From Felis catus (lineage: Eukaryota), in assembly GCF_018350175.1 (NCBI RefSeq), contig NC_058368.1, positions 71,116,001 through 71,180,000 on the forward strand: DNA of 64,000 nucleotides, given 5' to 3'. Under the pieces are notes generated by a model, which did not search any database, was not told where the DNA came from, and was given only the letters and a program-made list of their open reading frames with translations. The position numbers and the translations under genes are program-made. The number at the start of each line of letters is the position of its first letter. Position 1 is the stretch's first letter. Positions 1 through 12,890 of this stretch are shown here, piece after piece.

Positions 1-827
1 CTAGTCTTAGGTTTTGCAGACCTGCTGTGGGAGGAGGGAGTTGTACTGGCACAGCCCTCTCATCATCCCCACCTCCCACTTCTGCCAGCTCCCTGACCCG
101 GCCAGGCGGTTCGCCCCAGAGCGACACCTTCAGCTCCCAGTGGGGCGGATCCTGTAGGCCGCAGGCCCCGACGCCCTGGCTGACAGATCCGAGCTACCTC
201 CCTCCCCACCGTGCACAGAGCCCAGCCCCTGCAGGAAGGTGGGAACTGCTTCTCCTGCGGGATGGCTCTTGATGGGAAATGTAACCGCCTCTTATCCTGG
301 AGGCTGGGGGACCCCTGAGGGGACACAGCCTCTAGATGGAGAAGCAATCATTGCAAACGGATCTGAAGTTAGGGATGCTAAACCCCTGCACTGGGCAGCA
401 AGGGCAGGAGAGAGCGTTTGAGTGCATCTCCTCCTACCCTCCGGGAACTTTGTAATGAAAGAGAAGGCCCAAGTCCTTCTGGAACTCCACACCGGCAGAC
501 AGGGCCTCCCTTGGGGGTTCTGGCTGCAGAAGTCAATGGCCCAGGGTACCCTGCACCCCTATACCCCGCCAAGTCTTGTCTCTCCTTGTCAAGAACTAAG
601 AGTTAACAAAGTTTCTTAAAGTACTCATTTCATCTATGCCAGTTTAATGTTAGTAATTTCCAGCTGCTGAAATCAACTTCCATTTGATTTTCAACCAAAC
701 GCTTGGAGTTGAGGAGGAGGGGATATTTTGCATGCTGTTGGCGCCCTTAAACAGAACTCCACTCTGTCTGGGTCTTAGGTTTTCCAATACCTGGAGGGAA
801 AATTGACAAAAATCTTCCCTGAGTCTT

Positions 828-868
828 GCTTGAGCCCTCAGTTTCACCGTCTGTAAAATTGGATCAGA
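828..868. mobile_element. Possible MIR SINE core fragment
   Basis: gagccctcagtttcaccgtctgtaaaattgg resembles the MIR core gcctcagtttcctcatctgtaaaatggg. Confidence 0.45.
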
Positions 869-2069
869 GATCCTTGGCAAAACTCCTTTGGGCTTTGTGA
901 TCTTGGAAGGGGACCTTCAGGGGAAGGAGGAAGTCAGTAAAGACGCCGGTTTGCACCAGGCTTTTGTCTTTCTTTGTACAAGCTAGCCCCTTTGTAAAAT
1001 AACGCCTCACCAGACTGCCTAATGGATTTTTGCAGGGCTGGGGTTCTAATTTTCCCCACTCACAAGCAGATGAACGAGAATGAGTGTTCCATCCCAGCGA
1101 GTCCCGCGTGGCCCTTGTTTGCTAAACAGCACCTCTCCCAAATGTGCCCAAAGTGGTGCACGCCGCCGGCGCACTCTCCTCCCTGGCCGAGGGCAGATGT
1201 TCCCATTTTGTTCCCGCCTCTCCTCCCCTCACCCAGCTCCTCGTATTCCTTTAACGCCTGCTGAGGACTGCATCCCTGCTGCCCTTAATGTAGGATGGGC
1301 CCTTCTCTTCAGCCTCCAAATGAGAAGTGACATTTGCACTCGGCTCAGCCAACGCGTGAGCACACCGCGGGGACACAGGCCCATTGAGCGAGTGAGGCCG
1401 AGGGGCCGGCGGGCTCGGCGGCGGCGTCCGAAGCTGCCTTAATTAATACCATCTTAAATAGTGCAGCAGCCACCGAAGACAAAGTTGAAGAAAGACTTTA
1501 AGGCTGAGTGCCCCTCGACAAGCTCTTTTTCCCCATGTCATTCAATATTTAATGCGCCCGCTTCTAATGCTACTACTGGTGTTCCTTTCTCAGCAAGGAC
1601 ATTATTTTTTCACGGTGCCCATAGCCAGGGAAAGCCCTTTAGGCAAAGAAAATCAAAATGTTTGTTGTTTTGGATGACTTATAACTCTTGTTTAACACAA
1701 GCACTTTCAGCAAAGTATAACAGGCGCAGCGTCCAAAGCAAACAACACAATCCTTGTGACAGAGTCGGACACAAAAAGCACATTGTCTTGCGGACTACCC
1801 CTTTTCTCTGGAGCTAGATGGGGGCCTGTCTCCGAGTGAACACCACGATGCCATTTCACTTTTGAACTATTGTTTTTGAGTTATGCCATGTGGTCAAAAG
1901 GAGCGAGAAGGGGGTTGTTTCCAGGCTCATAAGACAAACGAGTTGCCTTTTCATTGAAATCCCCCCGCGATCCTTGAAAACGGAGTTTAAATGTCACCTC
2001 CGCCTTTCTAATGGGCACAGGGCTGGAGGCGACCCTTCAAAGCGCCTGGGTGATAAACGACCCTTATTA

Positions 2070-2610
2070 AATATAGCCGGGACCGCTGGGAAAGTCCCGC
2101 GCCCGGCCAGCACGTGGAAGAGCGCCCCTCGCTGGAGGGCCCCGGAGAGGCCGGGCCTCCCCAGCAGCCGACCGAGGCCTTGGCGGCCGGCCGCGGCCCG
2201 GCCCCCGGCCCGGCCTCGGGGGTCGGGGTGGGGAGCCCGGGTGAGGGGGGCCAGTTGTAATACAACTTCTTATCTGCCGCCCCCAACACGCCCGTGCGCC
2301 CCCATCCCCAGAGTCTCGGCGTGAAAGCTTGGTGCATTTCCCCCTGACTTCTTTTTGTCCGTTGCCGAGTGGCGTCTGCAAGTCTGAGCTGCAAAGTTAC
2401 TGATTTGCAGGCTGCATGTTAAGGCAGCCCATGTAAGTAATTTCTCCGGGCACCCCAGCAAAGGAGAACAAATCGCTGACAAAGGCGAGCGCTTTCGATT
2501 CAGCGGCGTCGTTAAGGCAACCCCGAAGTATTCCTCCTATAATAAGTTCCACTTCAAAGGGTTTCTCATTCAGCGGTGACTGCTTCGCACTTTTATTAAG
2601 TCCGGGCTTT
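2070..2610. promoter_or_regulatory. Small CpG island / candidate enhancer downstream of ZIC5
   Basis: CpG-dense block with SOX-like (AACAAAT, ACAAAGG) and TCF (TTCAAAG 2553-2559) motifs. Confidence 0.55.
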
Positions 2611-3593
2611 TTCACTCGGAGGAATCATCTGTTTGGTTATTTTTCATCGTGTTTATTTTTCACCATTCACACAGTACTTGTATTAAATAAACAAAGAACA
2701 ATCGCTCTGCAAATAAAAGTACTTAGGTGGGGAGAGAAGGAAGAGGCACTGGAGCTCCGGGCGCCCCTGGCCCAGTCCCCTCCTCCAACTGCACCCACCC
2801 CACCCCCACCCGGCTTTCTCTCCTCCTCTCCTCGGTCCCCCTCTCTCCTTTCTGGAGAGCTAGGAGGTTGCATGGGAGATCGTAACAACAAGTGGGTGGA
2901 AAGACATACGTTATTATAGGTCGCGCATGTCATATTCTATGGGTAACACTATATGTAATACATATAGTTCCGATGAGGTGTAAATTGAGTGTGCTAAGTT
3001 GGCATGAAAGTACAGGTCACTGCAACTGTATCTTAATAGAGTGTCTCGAATCACTGTGGACCCTCTGCCAGCGACTCCCCTGGCCCAGCCCATTGCCATA
3101 GCAATCCTGACGCTTGGTGTGGGTGTACCATAAAAGCAGTAGTTTGAATTTCAAAGAACATGCCTTTGAACTTCTCCCTGCCTGATTAGGCACTTGTGCC
3201 CGCGTGTGAATGTGTGTGCCCCGGACTGTTTGGGCGTGGACGTGGCGGGGGGGGGGGGGGGGGGGGTGAATTTCTGTGAGTTTTTTATCACATAGGGAAA
3301 GTGTGCTGGCAACCCCAGGGCGGTTTGTCTGTGGGTCTCCTTAGCCATCCCTCCAGCCCTGGAATGGTGGGTTCCCCTGGCCATGTGTCTATTTTGGTAG
3401 ATGATGGGAAGTGTGATCTGACAGGCTGAAAGTATTAGTAAGTGTCTGGATTCAGCTTTCCTTTCCTCTAACTTAGATGATCACTTGAGAAACCAGATTA
3501 TCTCCCCCTCCAAAGCCCCAGTCCTTTTTTCCAACCAAAGTGGGATAAAAAATACTTCTGGCGGGACCATCTCTCATTCCATTTCATAGAGAA

Positions 3594-3669
3594 AGAGATG
3601 ATAGATAGATAGATAGACAGATAAGATGGTAGGTAGGTAGGTATGAATAGTAGGTAGGTAGGTAGGTAG
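3594..3669. repeat. Compound (GATA)n/(GGTA)n microsatellite
   Basis: gatagatagatagatagacagataag...ggtaggtaggtaggta. Confidence 0.9.
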
Positions 3670-5339
3670 AATGAACTACTATGGTCTCAAAAAACTTCCA
3701 CAAAATGCAAGATGTAAATGACAAGATGGCAATACTAGCATGTCTACAGAGAGTTGGGCCTCGCTTTCAAGGACTTTGGGCCTCCTCCTTTCCTGTCCCC
3801 AGTGCTGTCCCTCTTGTGTGGCCATCTCCAACTCCTTAAAAGAATAGAATTCTCACCCTCGAGCTATTTCTCAGTGCTTTAGATTTTTGGAGCATTCTCT
3901 TTAGCAAAGAAAATCCTGAATGGGAAAAGATATACATAAAATACAAATAACCATGTGTTTGAAGACTCTCCTAGCCTGGAAAACAAAGGTAGATGATTTA
4001 AAATGTTTGCGAGGGCCACAAGGGCCACATCTTGCCTAGGAGAGATGAAGTCTTTGATGATAGCCAACTTAGTGTCAATAAGTGGCTTTCTTTGAGACAT
4101 ATTCAGATGGGAACGTCTTGCTTGCCAATTGCCATAGAAATCTTAACACACCATGAAGATTGTCCAAGCGCCAAGCCTTCCGTTCTGGACTAAATTACTT
4201 TGAAGTGGCGCAGGACGAGCAGTGGTCAATTTTAACTCTATAGACTGGACAGAGCTCTGGGAGCGGAGATTGTGCGTTTTAAAGCAGAAAATAAGAAGGG
4301 GAAACTTGTTTTATACACTCTATACAAGGTTCTGCTCATTGTCAGATATCTTTTATCTTTTATATTTCCCATGAATGATTCATGTCTTGGTGGCTTTGTG
4401 TCCTCCCTTTCACCAGAAACTTCATTAGAGAGCTATAAGTTTTCCCATTGATTGGGGCCCTTCGCTGAGTGTTTTTCTCCTTCGTGTGCTGGTTATTGTC
4501 ATCTGACTTGAAACAAGTCTTTGCTTCGTGTTTCACCTTTAGTACATTTAACAAACTTGACTTTTCAAAACCACTGTAAGCTTATGGAGAACTGCTTATT
4601 GACGTTACTACCAAGAATACTAATAATAATAAAACTATTTGCCTTTTATCAGTTTTGTATCAGCTAACATAAAAACAAGCAAATGTTCAGCCCTGTTCAA
4701 ATGGATGGCCAATCACATCAGTTTAAGCCACTTGAACATTTTGTTGCCATGATTCTAATTTCTAACACCTGCCTTAAAATGCTGAGCTAGGTTACATAGA
4801 TCAGCTCAACTTGTAAATAAACCACAAACTGGATGCTACCCGTCCCCTCCCCCCCTTACCCCCCCCCCCCCCATTACCTGATGTGAGCAGTGTTTAATGT
4901 CCTATTCATTCAGCGTGTAGTTAACTCAGTACCCATCTCAGCCCCTGATTTTACCCTTCTTTGTGCCTGGATGCCTCTCACTGTCCCTCCACCTTTTCCT
5001 CATACTTTTTACCCTTTTACTTTAGAGGGTAGGCACCAAAGAAATGCGAAAACTCACTTTTCAGATTTTCACCGATTAGGATCTCTAAGGACATTATTAA
5101 CAAATGAGTGCAGGAACCCCTAAGATTTATGTTAGTGTTACATGCAACTTACAGGGCTCAGTCTTCATAAATATTGTATTTTCTAGATTAGATGGGAAGT
5201 TAAACCAAGCTGTAAAAATATTTTATTGCTAGGGAGAGGCTAAGAAATAAAGAGCTCAAGAAGACCCAATGTTCACCAGTCAGCAGCCTGTTCTATTTGT
5301 AAAAGAATGGCAGAAATATGCCATTAGGCAAAACATGAG

Positions 5340-7668
5340 CAATACATAGGAAGAATACCTTTATTAAATTTTTTACTTCATAGTCATTCTTGCTTTCTTT
5401 CTATTGGAGGTACACATTTTAAGTTTTTATTTTAGGTGTATCAGGAACCAATAAATCTGTGGCAGAGTAAACCTATGCATGGCAAAATACATAAAATACA
5501 TACTCCTTTGTTTCAGAATAAATAAACCTGTAGCATAATAAAGAATAGTGCAAACTACCATTGAAAAAGTTGTATAAATAAAACAACTCATTATAAATCA
5601 GGAATATTTTGTTCTAATAAGTTTACGATACATAAATTATCCCCCCGAAGTTCATACCTTATTTTGTCTATTTGAAAGAGCTTTGAAAGTGAATAATACG
5701 AAAATCAAATAAACTTTAAAAATGTAGAATTATTTTATATTCAAGTTTTATGGTCTTTTTCTTTATAAAGGAGGGTCTGCATGTTTCATATTCACTGTAA
5801 CAATCTGAAGACAACATTGAAAGGCTTTCAAAGTGACAGCACCATGCACTGTACTAGTAATAGAATATATCTATAAACTATATATAATCTCGTCAACACA
5901 ATGCAAAAAAAACATGCAGGAAGAGTCCTGGTTTTCACATTACGTTGTTCATTCAAGTAAGCTTAAAAATATATTCCCCCATTTTCTTTCCTTTTTTTTT
6001 TTTTTTTAAATAAACCGTGGATCATAAACAACAATCTTTCACCAAAATGTATAATATAATTCTTTGGTGTGCTTTGAACTCTTCCAGGAAAACAAAGGAT
6101 GATGTCTGAAAATAAATTAATTCAACTGTACAAATAATAGTGTTCACATACAAGTTATTAACAATGACAAGACTACATCAACCACTCACAGCACACAAAA
6201 CAAATTTCTACAAACCCTGGGGAGGGGGTGTCTTCAGGGTCTCTGAGGATAAATTAGTGCTCTTTAGTATATTTGTATGATGTTTATGATGGACTATATT
6301 TTGCACAAGATGTGTTGCATGAAGTGAAAATAAATTGACTAAGAGTTATTGTCCTAGGTCCTTGACCTTTTTTATCCTAGCTTGACAGCTCTGGCAAAGG
6401 TCACACATTCATCAGTGTTTGGTGGTAACTAGAAACCTTTTAAAAATTTTAATATGTATAGCCACTCCCTCCCCTCTTTTCATGTAAATCATACACTTCG
6501 CACACTGTCGTTTTCAAATGGGATAGAATTCAGTGTGCTTAGTGCTCAGGTGGGAAAAAATGCATGAAAATGCAGTTCGGGCATTGAAAAATAAAGACTT
6601 TTTAAAAGGCTGATACAACAGTATAAAAGAGGGGTTGGCCTGTCTTAAAAACAACAGCTTTCCCAAAAAAGTAGGCATGTTGCCAACATCACACCTCCTT
6701 AGACTTGCCTGTTAATTTTGGCATCCCAAAAAACTTCTCTAAAACTTATCTTTTTATGACACAAGGAGTTTGGACACAGTAAAAAGGCAGCATCTGCGAT
6801 TTCAGATTTAAAAAAAAAAACCGTAGAGAAAAAAGAAAGCACTTGAATTTCTTCTATTTTATAAAATATCACAGCTTCACAGTTGACTGTTGCAGCAGCG
6901 TGTTCTTGTCCCCACTTTTGCGGGAACAATCACAGTAGCACAATACGCAGAGACGTAATAAGGTTGCTGCATCTTTTTTCTTTTTAAATCCTACAAGCAG
7001 GGTACTGAAGAGATAATCCCGTATAAAAATACTGTGTTAAGATGAGAGCAGTAATAAAAGAGTGGAAAGTTAAAATCACAACTATTAGAACTCAAAGGAT
7101 TTTTTTTACAAATATTTTTGGACACAGGTACAGTCTAAGATCTGTTGGCAATGCAGCAAGTGTGTGGTTTACAATCAAGAGGCCTTTTCAGAAATAGGGC
7201 CCAAGGAGGAGGCAAAGAGGCTCCAGAGAAGCCCTCGTTATGGTGTTAAAGGCAATCTCGAGGCACTCCAGGAAATGCAGAGGGCCTTGGTGCTGTGTTG
7301 AGTTCCGACTTAATGCTTTTTCTTGCTCATTTCCAAATATACATATATTGAGTCAGCAGTGTGTATCTCCATTAACCCTTGGTACATTTTGCTCCTAGCC
7401 CTGTTCCCCTGTAACCTACAAGTCCAGCTTGGTTGGGTTTTGTTTGTTTGTTTGTTTGTTTGTTTTCTAAGGGAAAAAAAAAAGCCCAAATATCTTAATT
7501 AAATTAATTAAATGTACAAACACCATAGGGTTTCATACTGAATAAATAGGGCTAATTAGACCCGGTGGCAAGTCTGAGTCAAGGGTTTGTCTCAGGCTCG
7601 GCATTGTCTCAGGTTAGGATATGGTCCAAGGACTCCCACTTATTACTTATTATTATTACTAGTAAATT
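5340..7668 (-). other. ZIC5: Probable ZIC5 3' UTR (~2.3 kb)
   Basis: AT-rich stretch without interspersed repeats following the stop codon. It ends near an AATAAA (plus-strand TTTATT 5360-5365) followed by GT/T-rich sequence on the minus strand. The end point is inferred. Confidence 0.6.
5360..5365 (-). terminator. Candidate ZIC5 polyadenylation signal AATAAA
   Basis: Minus strand reads AATAAAggtattcttcctatgtattgctcatgttttg, i.e. a hexamer with a downstream GU/U-rich element. Confidence 0.55.
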
Positions 7669-8111
7669 CTAATGTATCGTCCGCGGGACTTCAGAGTTCC
7701 CATACATCTCTTCGTCTTCAGACTCGGAAGTGGTTCCGTTGCTGGAAGGTGTGTGAAGGTGGCTGGGGGCTCCACTGGCCTGGCAAACATACCACTCATT
7801 GAGGTTGGTCACCTGAGGAGACAGAGTGCTAGAACGACTCCTGGTTGGGTCCAGCACAGGGGACAAGGGGGCACCCACTGGAGTCCCCACTGAGGAGTAA
7901 CCAAGGGCTCCTGGAGAAGGTGGTGGGGACTTGCAGTGAATCTTCATGTGCTTCCTCAGAGAGCTGGGGTGAGTGTAGGACTTGTCACAGCCTCGGATCT
8001 TGCAGTAGTAAGGCTTGTCGCTCGTGTGGACATGGGAATGTTTCTTCCGATCGCTGCTGTTGGCAAATTTCCTGTCACAGCCATCAAATTCACATTTGAA
8101 AGGCTTTTCCC
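7669..8111 (-). CDS. ZIC5: ZIC5 coding exon 2 (zinc fingers 4-5 and C-terminus)
   Basis: Acceptor ttgttgcAG|GG at 8112/8111. Translates (G)[59 protein letters not shown]...NLNEWYV...RTIH-stop, in frame with exon 1. Confidence 0.97.
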
Positions 8112-10379
8112 CTGCAACAAAACAGAGGGCAGGTCAACAATTGCTTTTCAGAGACCCCTCACCTGAGAGAGAGAAATCTTGGAACAGAAATGAGGATGCA
8201 TTTTCCCATTCTCTCGAAGACCAACCCCAGCCTGGTTTCTATTCCTAATTCCTACGTTCCAGAAGGCAACAGGGAAGGGACACTGGGCCTGTGAGTGGCT
8301 AGATGTCAGTCCCTGCAGTACCAGAGGGTTCAGGGAGACGATGGCTAGAGCATGATCCAGGATGTAACACCAAAATCCAACAAGGACCCAGATACCCGTG
8401 TCCTCACTGCCCTCAAGGTCTGTACCTGCAAGGATACAAGCAGATCCCCTGTCAATATAAATGCTAATAAAATGATTCTTCCAAAGCCACAGCTTGGGGG
8501 AAGGATATAAAAAAAAAGAGAAAAGTAAGCACATTACACTAAATTAAAAGTGAAGTGGGGGAGGTGCCATGCAATTATAATAACGGCATTTTGTTTCAGA
8601 GCGTCCCCAGGATTCCACCGATGGGAAAGGAAATAAGGCAAAACCCCGTTCTCTTTAGAAACAAAGGCACCTGTGAAACACACAGTCCCATCACTAGATT
8701 TCATATAAGCCTGGATGGGCAGAGGCGAGGCTGTTGGCCTCTTCTTTCTCCCAGCTTTCCTCACAACTTGCAGGGCAATTAGGAGCCTTTGGAACAGAAC
8801 CTCGGAAACGTGAATAAAGACCACAAGCTGCAGCCAGAACTTAGCTTGTACCTGATGCCCCACGGAAACGTATTCTGACAGCCTTCTACCCCACTTAATA
8901 GTCAGAAAAGGGACTGTTTACCACAGTCGTTGGCCCATCGTCCCTTTCTTTAAGCTGCTCTAACCACCCCAGGAACACAATGCCTTTAAACACAAGGCCC
9001 CTAGTTCAGGGAGTGGACATGTTAATAACACAACTAGAAATTCAGCCACAACACCTCGGTATTAAAAAGCAAAAAAGGAAGACAGCAGGTAGCAGTAGGA
9101 ATTTTCCTTCTCACCTCAGTATCTATGAACTTGATGTATTTGAGTCATAATTGAACCAGTTATCTCATACATACTATTGTTTGATAATATCTCCCTCATA
9201 TTTAAATGATTTTTAAAAATTAAGTTGAGTTTCTCTACTGAATTTCAGCACCTACTCTGGTGGCTCACTAGGTATGGCTTCTTCCTTGGTTTTGGATATG
9301 TTTCTCAAAAAGCAACTATTTAAGACAGTTTAGTGTACATAAATTTTTGTGGTGAATTTTCATATACAACTATTTCAGTGTAGTTTTTTTTCTTTTTCTT
9401 TTTAATCTCACCAATGACAAAGGCTTGGATGCCAGAGTGTGTTAACACATCTGAAAGTATTCAGATGCCTGGACTATAACTTCCCCTACCTCTAAATACT
9501 GTTTAAAAATGAAATTAAATATTATTCAAATACACTTCCTACACTGGTCTATAGAGGGGAAACACAACATAACACAACAACAAACAAGTTAATCACTTTT
9601 CATAAAAATATCAGTTATCTATCCTGATCTGAGTTTTACTTTTAAGTTGGAGATAATTCTAATTTAATATAGCATTATTTAAAAATTTATAATGGGCCTT
9701 CCTTCCGTAGGGAGGCTTCAGTGGTTTTATTCACCCTATGCAAATGTGCAGTGTCGTTTGGAGTTGTTCCTGTCCTCGCTAAGGATCCCGGATTGTGAAG
9801 AATACAGTAGCTCTAAGCACTGCTGGTCCCACCACTAACCACGATGAAGAGAAACAATTACGCCCAGAGAAGGGAGATATGGAATGGGGTGGGGAGTGGG
9901 GGGAGTAGAAAAGTAGGGATTAAGGTAATATTAAGGACGAAAATAGAAGGAGAAAATAAGTAAAGGTGAAAGAATTGCTTGTTTTATTCAGGGGACCTAG
10001 GCGGGGAACAGTGAGCAAATTCCAGTTTACTGGAAAGGGTGAGAAACCCCAGTGTTTACATTTCAGATTCCGACAGAGGAGTCTATCAGAATCTAACTAC
10101 TTGCAGAATCTGAGAGAGTAAAGGAGGCTACGCGTGAGCTGCTCTCTGTTCTACCAGTTCCCTCTCCCAGAGAACTCGAGTCTGGCCCAAAGGAAGGTTA
10201 TAAACCGAATGGGGGTGGGGATGGGAGGAACGTGGGTCAGGAAATGGGCCTTCGGGAGTGGCCGGGGGATAATTCCCTTTGATCAATCTGTTCCGGGATT
10301 CCGAATAACCCCCAAAAGGGAGAGCGCCTTGGTAGGGAGGGGGTTCCGGAATGGTCCCTGTCCGCACCCAATCTCGACT

Positions 10380-11420
10380 GCTAAGCGGCCCAAGGACCGC
10401 CAAAACCCCCTGGGCACCGGTTTGAGCACTAACGTGAGGCGCCGGTACCCCTCCCTGAGGGCCTCGGCGAGAACCACTCCGCCACCCGCAGCCGGGCAGG
10501 AAACGCAACCCTGACCACGCCGTGAAACCAGAAAACACTACTGCCCAGGGGCCCGCAGCGCTCGGGATCTCCGCCCCCGCCGTGCGCGCGCGCGTGCACG
10601 CCCCTCTCCCCCTGGACTGCCGTCGGAGGGAGCCGCGACCCGTGGCAGCTTCCGCGCCAGCAAGTTCCAGTTCCTTGCTCCACGGGGGAAGAAACTGTCC
10701 TCAGGTCCGGCGGCGGAGAAGGAAAAGTCCACTCTCTCTCCGAGGCCTGCAAAGGCGGGAAAGGCCCAAGGCCGCAGGTTCTGCTTTCAGGGTGCCCATA
10801 GGGGACGGGGTTGGGGGCGGCTTCACCTCCCGCGCCCCGCGAGCCCCCTTTACGGTTCCAGGCCCCTGTCCTGGCGGCAAGTGCCAGGCACAGGGGCAAA
10901 CAGCTGGCTAAGCGGGCCAGGGAGTTTTTCCGAGAGCCTCGTGGGAAGTTTCCTTTTGGAAAATTCCTTAGGGTGGACCATCTCGATTAGAAAAGCAGGG
11001 GGCTGGCCAACGGAGTTCCCGGAAAGATGTGCTCCCAGCCCAGCATCGGTGCACAGGAGGCCTATCAGGTGATGGCCGGGAGGAGCCAGGCCCCGGGCCC
11101 AGCCCCAGGCCACCCTGACCCGGCTTGCACGCAGAACCCCCTGATGCCCCGGGCTCCGGCTGTTGGCCAGGCGTTGGGCCCACGCGCGGCGGCTGCCTCC
11201 TTGCCGCCCGGCGCCGATAAATCAGCCAAGTAATTACTAAATGTAAACTCCAGTTACTTAAGTGTCCTCCGAGGGGTAATATTGTCTATCCCTATAAATC
11301 CCGACTGCTCGCGCTCATCAGCGCTTCCGCCCAACGCGCTAGTACGTTCGATGGAGGCACACGACCCACAGGAAACACCCCACCGCCCCACGCCGCAGCC
11401 GCCTTTGGGATGGGAGGGGT
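10380..11420. promoter_or_regulatory. Intronic CpG island in ZIC5 intron 1
   Basis: GC- and CpG-rich block without a credible CDS. Confidence 0.6.
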
Positions 11421-11559
11421 CCCCACAGCGCTGGGGGCTTCCCCCAAGTTCTTACGGGGGAGCAGGTACCAAGGACCGCAGGAGACTGCAGCTCACCCTG
11501 CCCTCCTCCAAATAGAATCCTCTTTGAAAGGACAAAGCCAAGTTCTCTAGCACCTTGCA

Positions 11560-11800
11560 GGGTATGTGTGATAAAATGTGTGTGACAGCTGTATGATACT
11601 GTATGGGTATGTATGAAGGTGTGTAAATGGGGAAGTGTGCGTATGTGAGGGTGTATGTGGAAGATAAGCGTGTCAGGGCATATGGGTGTTCCAGCTACCA
11701 GGAAGTGGGGGGGGGGGGGTAGTATGTGAGATACGGGTGTGTGAAGTTGTGTGCTGTGTGCACGTGAAGATGTATGTGTGGGAAACGTGAGTGGGGGGGG
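11560..11800. repeat. Degenerate GT-rich low-complexity tract in ZIC5 intron 1
   Basis: Repeated gtgt/gtatg units plus G-runs. Confidence 0.6.
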
Positions 11801-12434
11801 GAGGGGGTCTTCAGGGCCCCAAAGGCGCATTTCTATGGCATTTTGCACCACGCCCCGGAGGGACAGGACCCCTCCCCTCCCGGAAGGGCCACATTGAGCT
11901 GGGCCTGGTCGCCTCAATATCGGAGTAAATCCCACGTGCCCCCTCGCACGCCCGCGCTTCGGAGCACGGTGCGGGCTCTGCCACCAGGTGGGGAGGGAAG
12001 AGCCACCAGGGCGGCTCCAGCTCCGGCCCCCCTTCCCCATCGCCCTCCCCAAGTTCCCGGGGCCGGGCGAATGGGGGCTGCCGACCGTCCTGGGCTCCTT
12101 CCTGCTCCGACTGCTGCTGCTTCTGTTCCGGGGCGGCGGCGGCGGCGGCGTCTGGAGCGCGTTGCCGGTCCCGGCGGAGGGGCTGCGAGCGCGCTGGAGA
12201 CTCCACCGTGTGGGAACCCAGCGCGGGGCCTGTGTGTGCTATCGAATTACTTATTCATAGAAAAAAAGGGGGAGAGAAAAAAAAGAAGTCACATGTCCGG
12301 GTTATACGTATGCGAAGAGAAGCAGCAGAAGGAGGGAAAAATTAAGGCGAGCAGGAGGAGGAAGAGAAGCAGCGGCGGAAGCGGCGGCGGCGCGGGAGGC
12401 GGCGGCGGCGGCGCGGCCGGGGACAGACACCCAC

Positions 12435-12859
12435 CTGTATGAGTGCGCTTGTGGATCTTGAGGTTTTCCGAGCGCGCGAAGACCTTGCCGCAGCCCGGGA
12501 ACGGGCAGGGAAAGGGCTTCTCGCCCGTGTGCACGCGGATGTGGTTGATGAGCTTGTATTTGGCCTTGAAGGGCTTGCCCTCGCGCGGACAGTCCTCCCA
12601 GAAGCAGACGTGGTTGCTTTGCTCTGGGCCGCCCACGTGCTCCACCGTGACGTGGTTCACCAGCTCGTGCATGGTGCCGAAAGTTTTGGAGCAGGGCTTG
12701 GCGCCGCCGGCCGGGGGCGGTGGCGGTGGCGGCCCGGCCAGCTCCTCGGGGTCGATCCACTTGCAGATGAGCTCCTGCTTGATTGGCTGCCGCATGTAGC
12801 GCAGGAAGGCCCCGGCCGCCCCTGGGAGGTGGGGGTGGTGCTGGTGCGGGTGCTGCGCG

Positions 12860-12890
<31 letters not shown>

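Noticed and set aside
12289..12434. C-terminal tail of the 560-aa ZIC5 ORF ([10 protein letters not shown]...NPDM)
   Set aside because: Read-through into intron 1 past the canonical donor; the spliced exon 2 completes the zinc fingers.
12443..12799. Similar antisense ORFs opposite ZIC5 (12443-12799) and ZIC2 (25358-25696)
   Set aside because: Their similarity simply mirrors the conserved zinc-finger codons on the sense strands.
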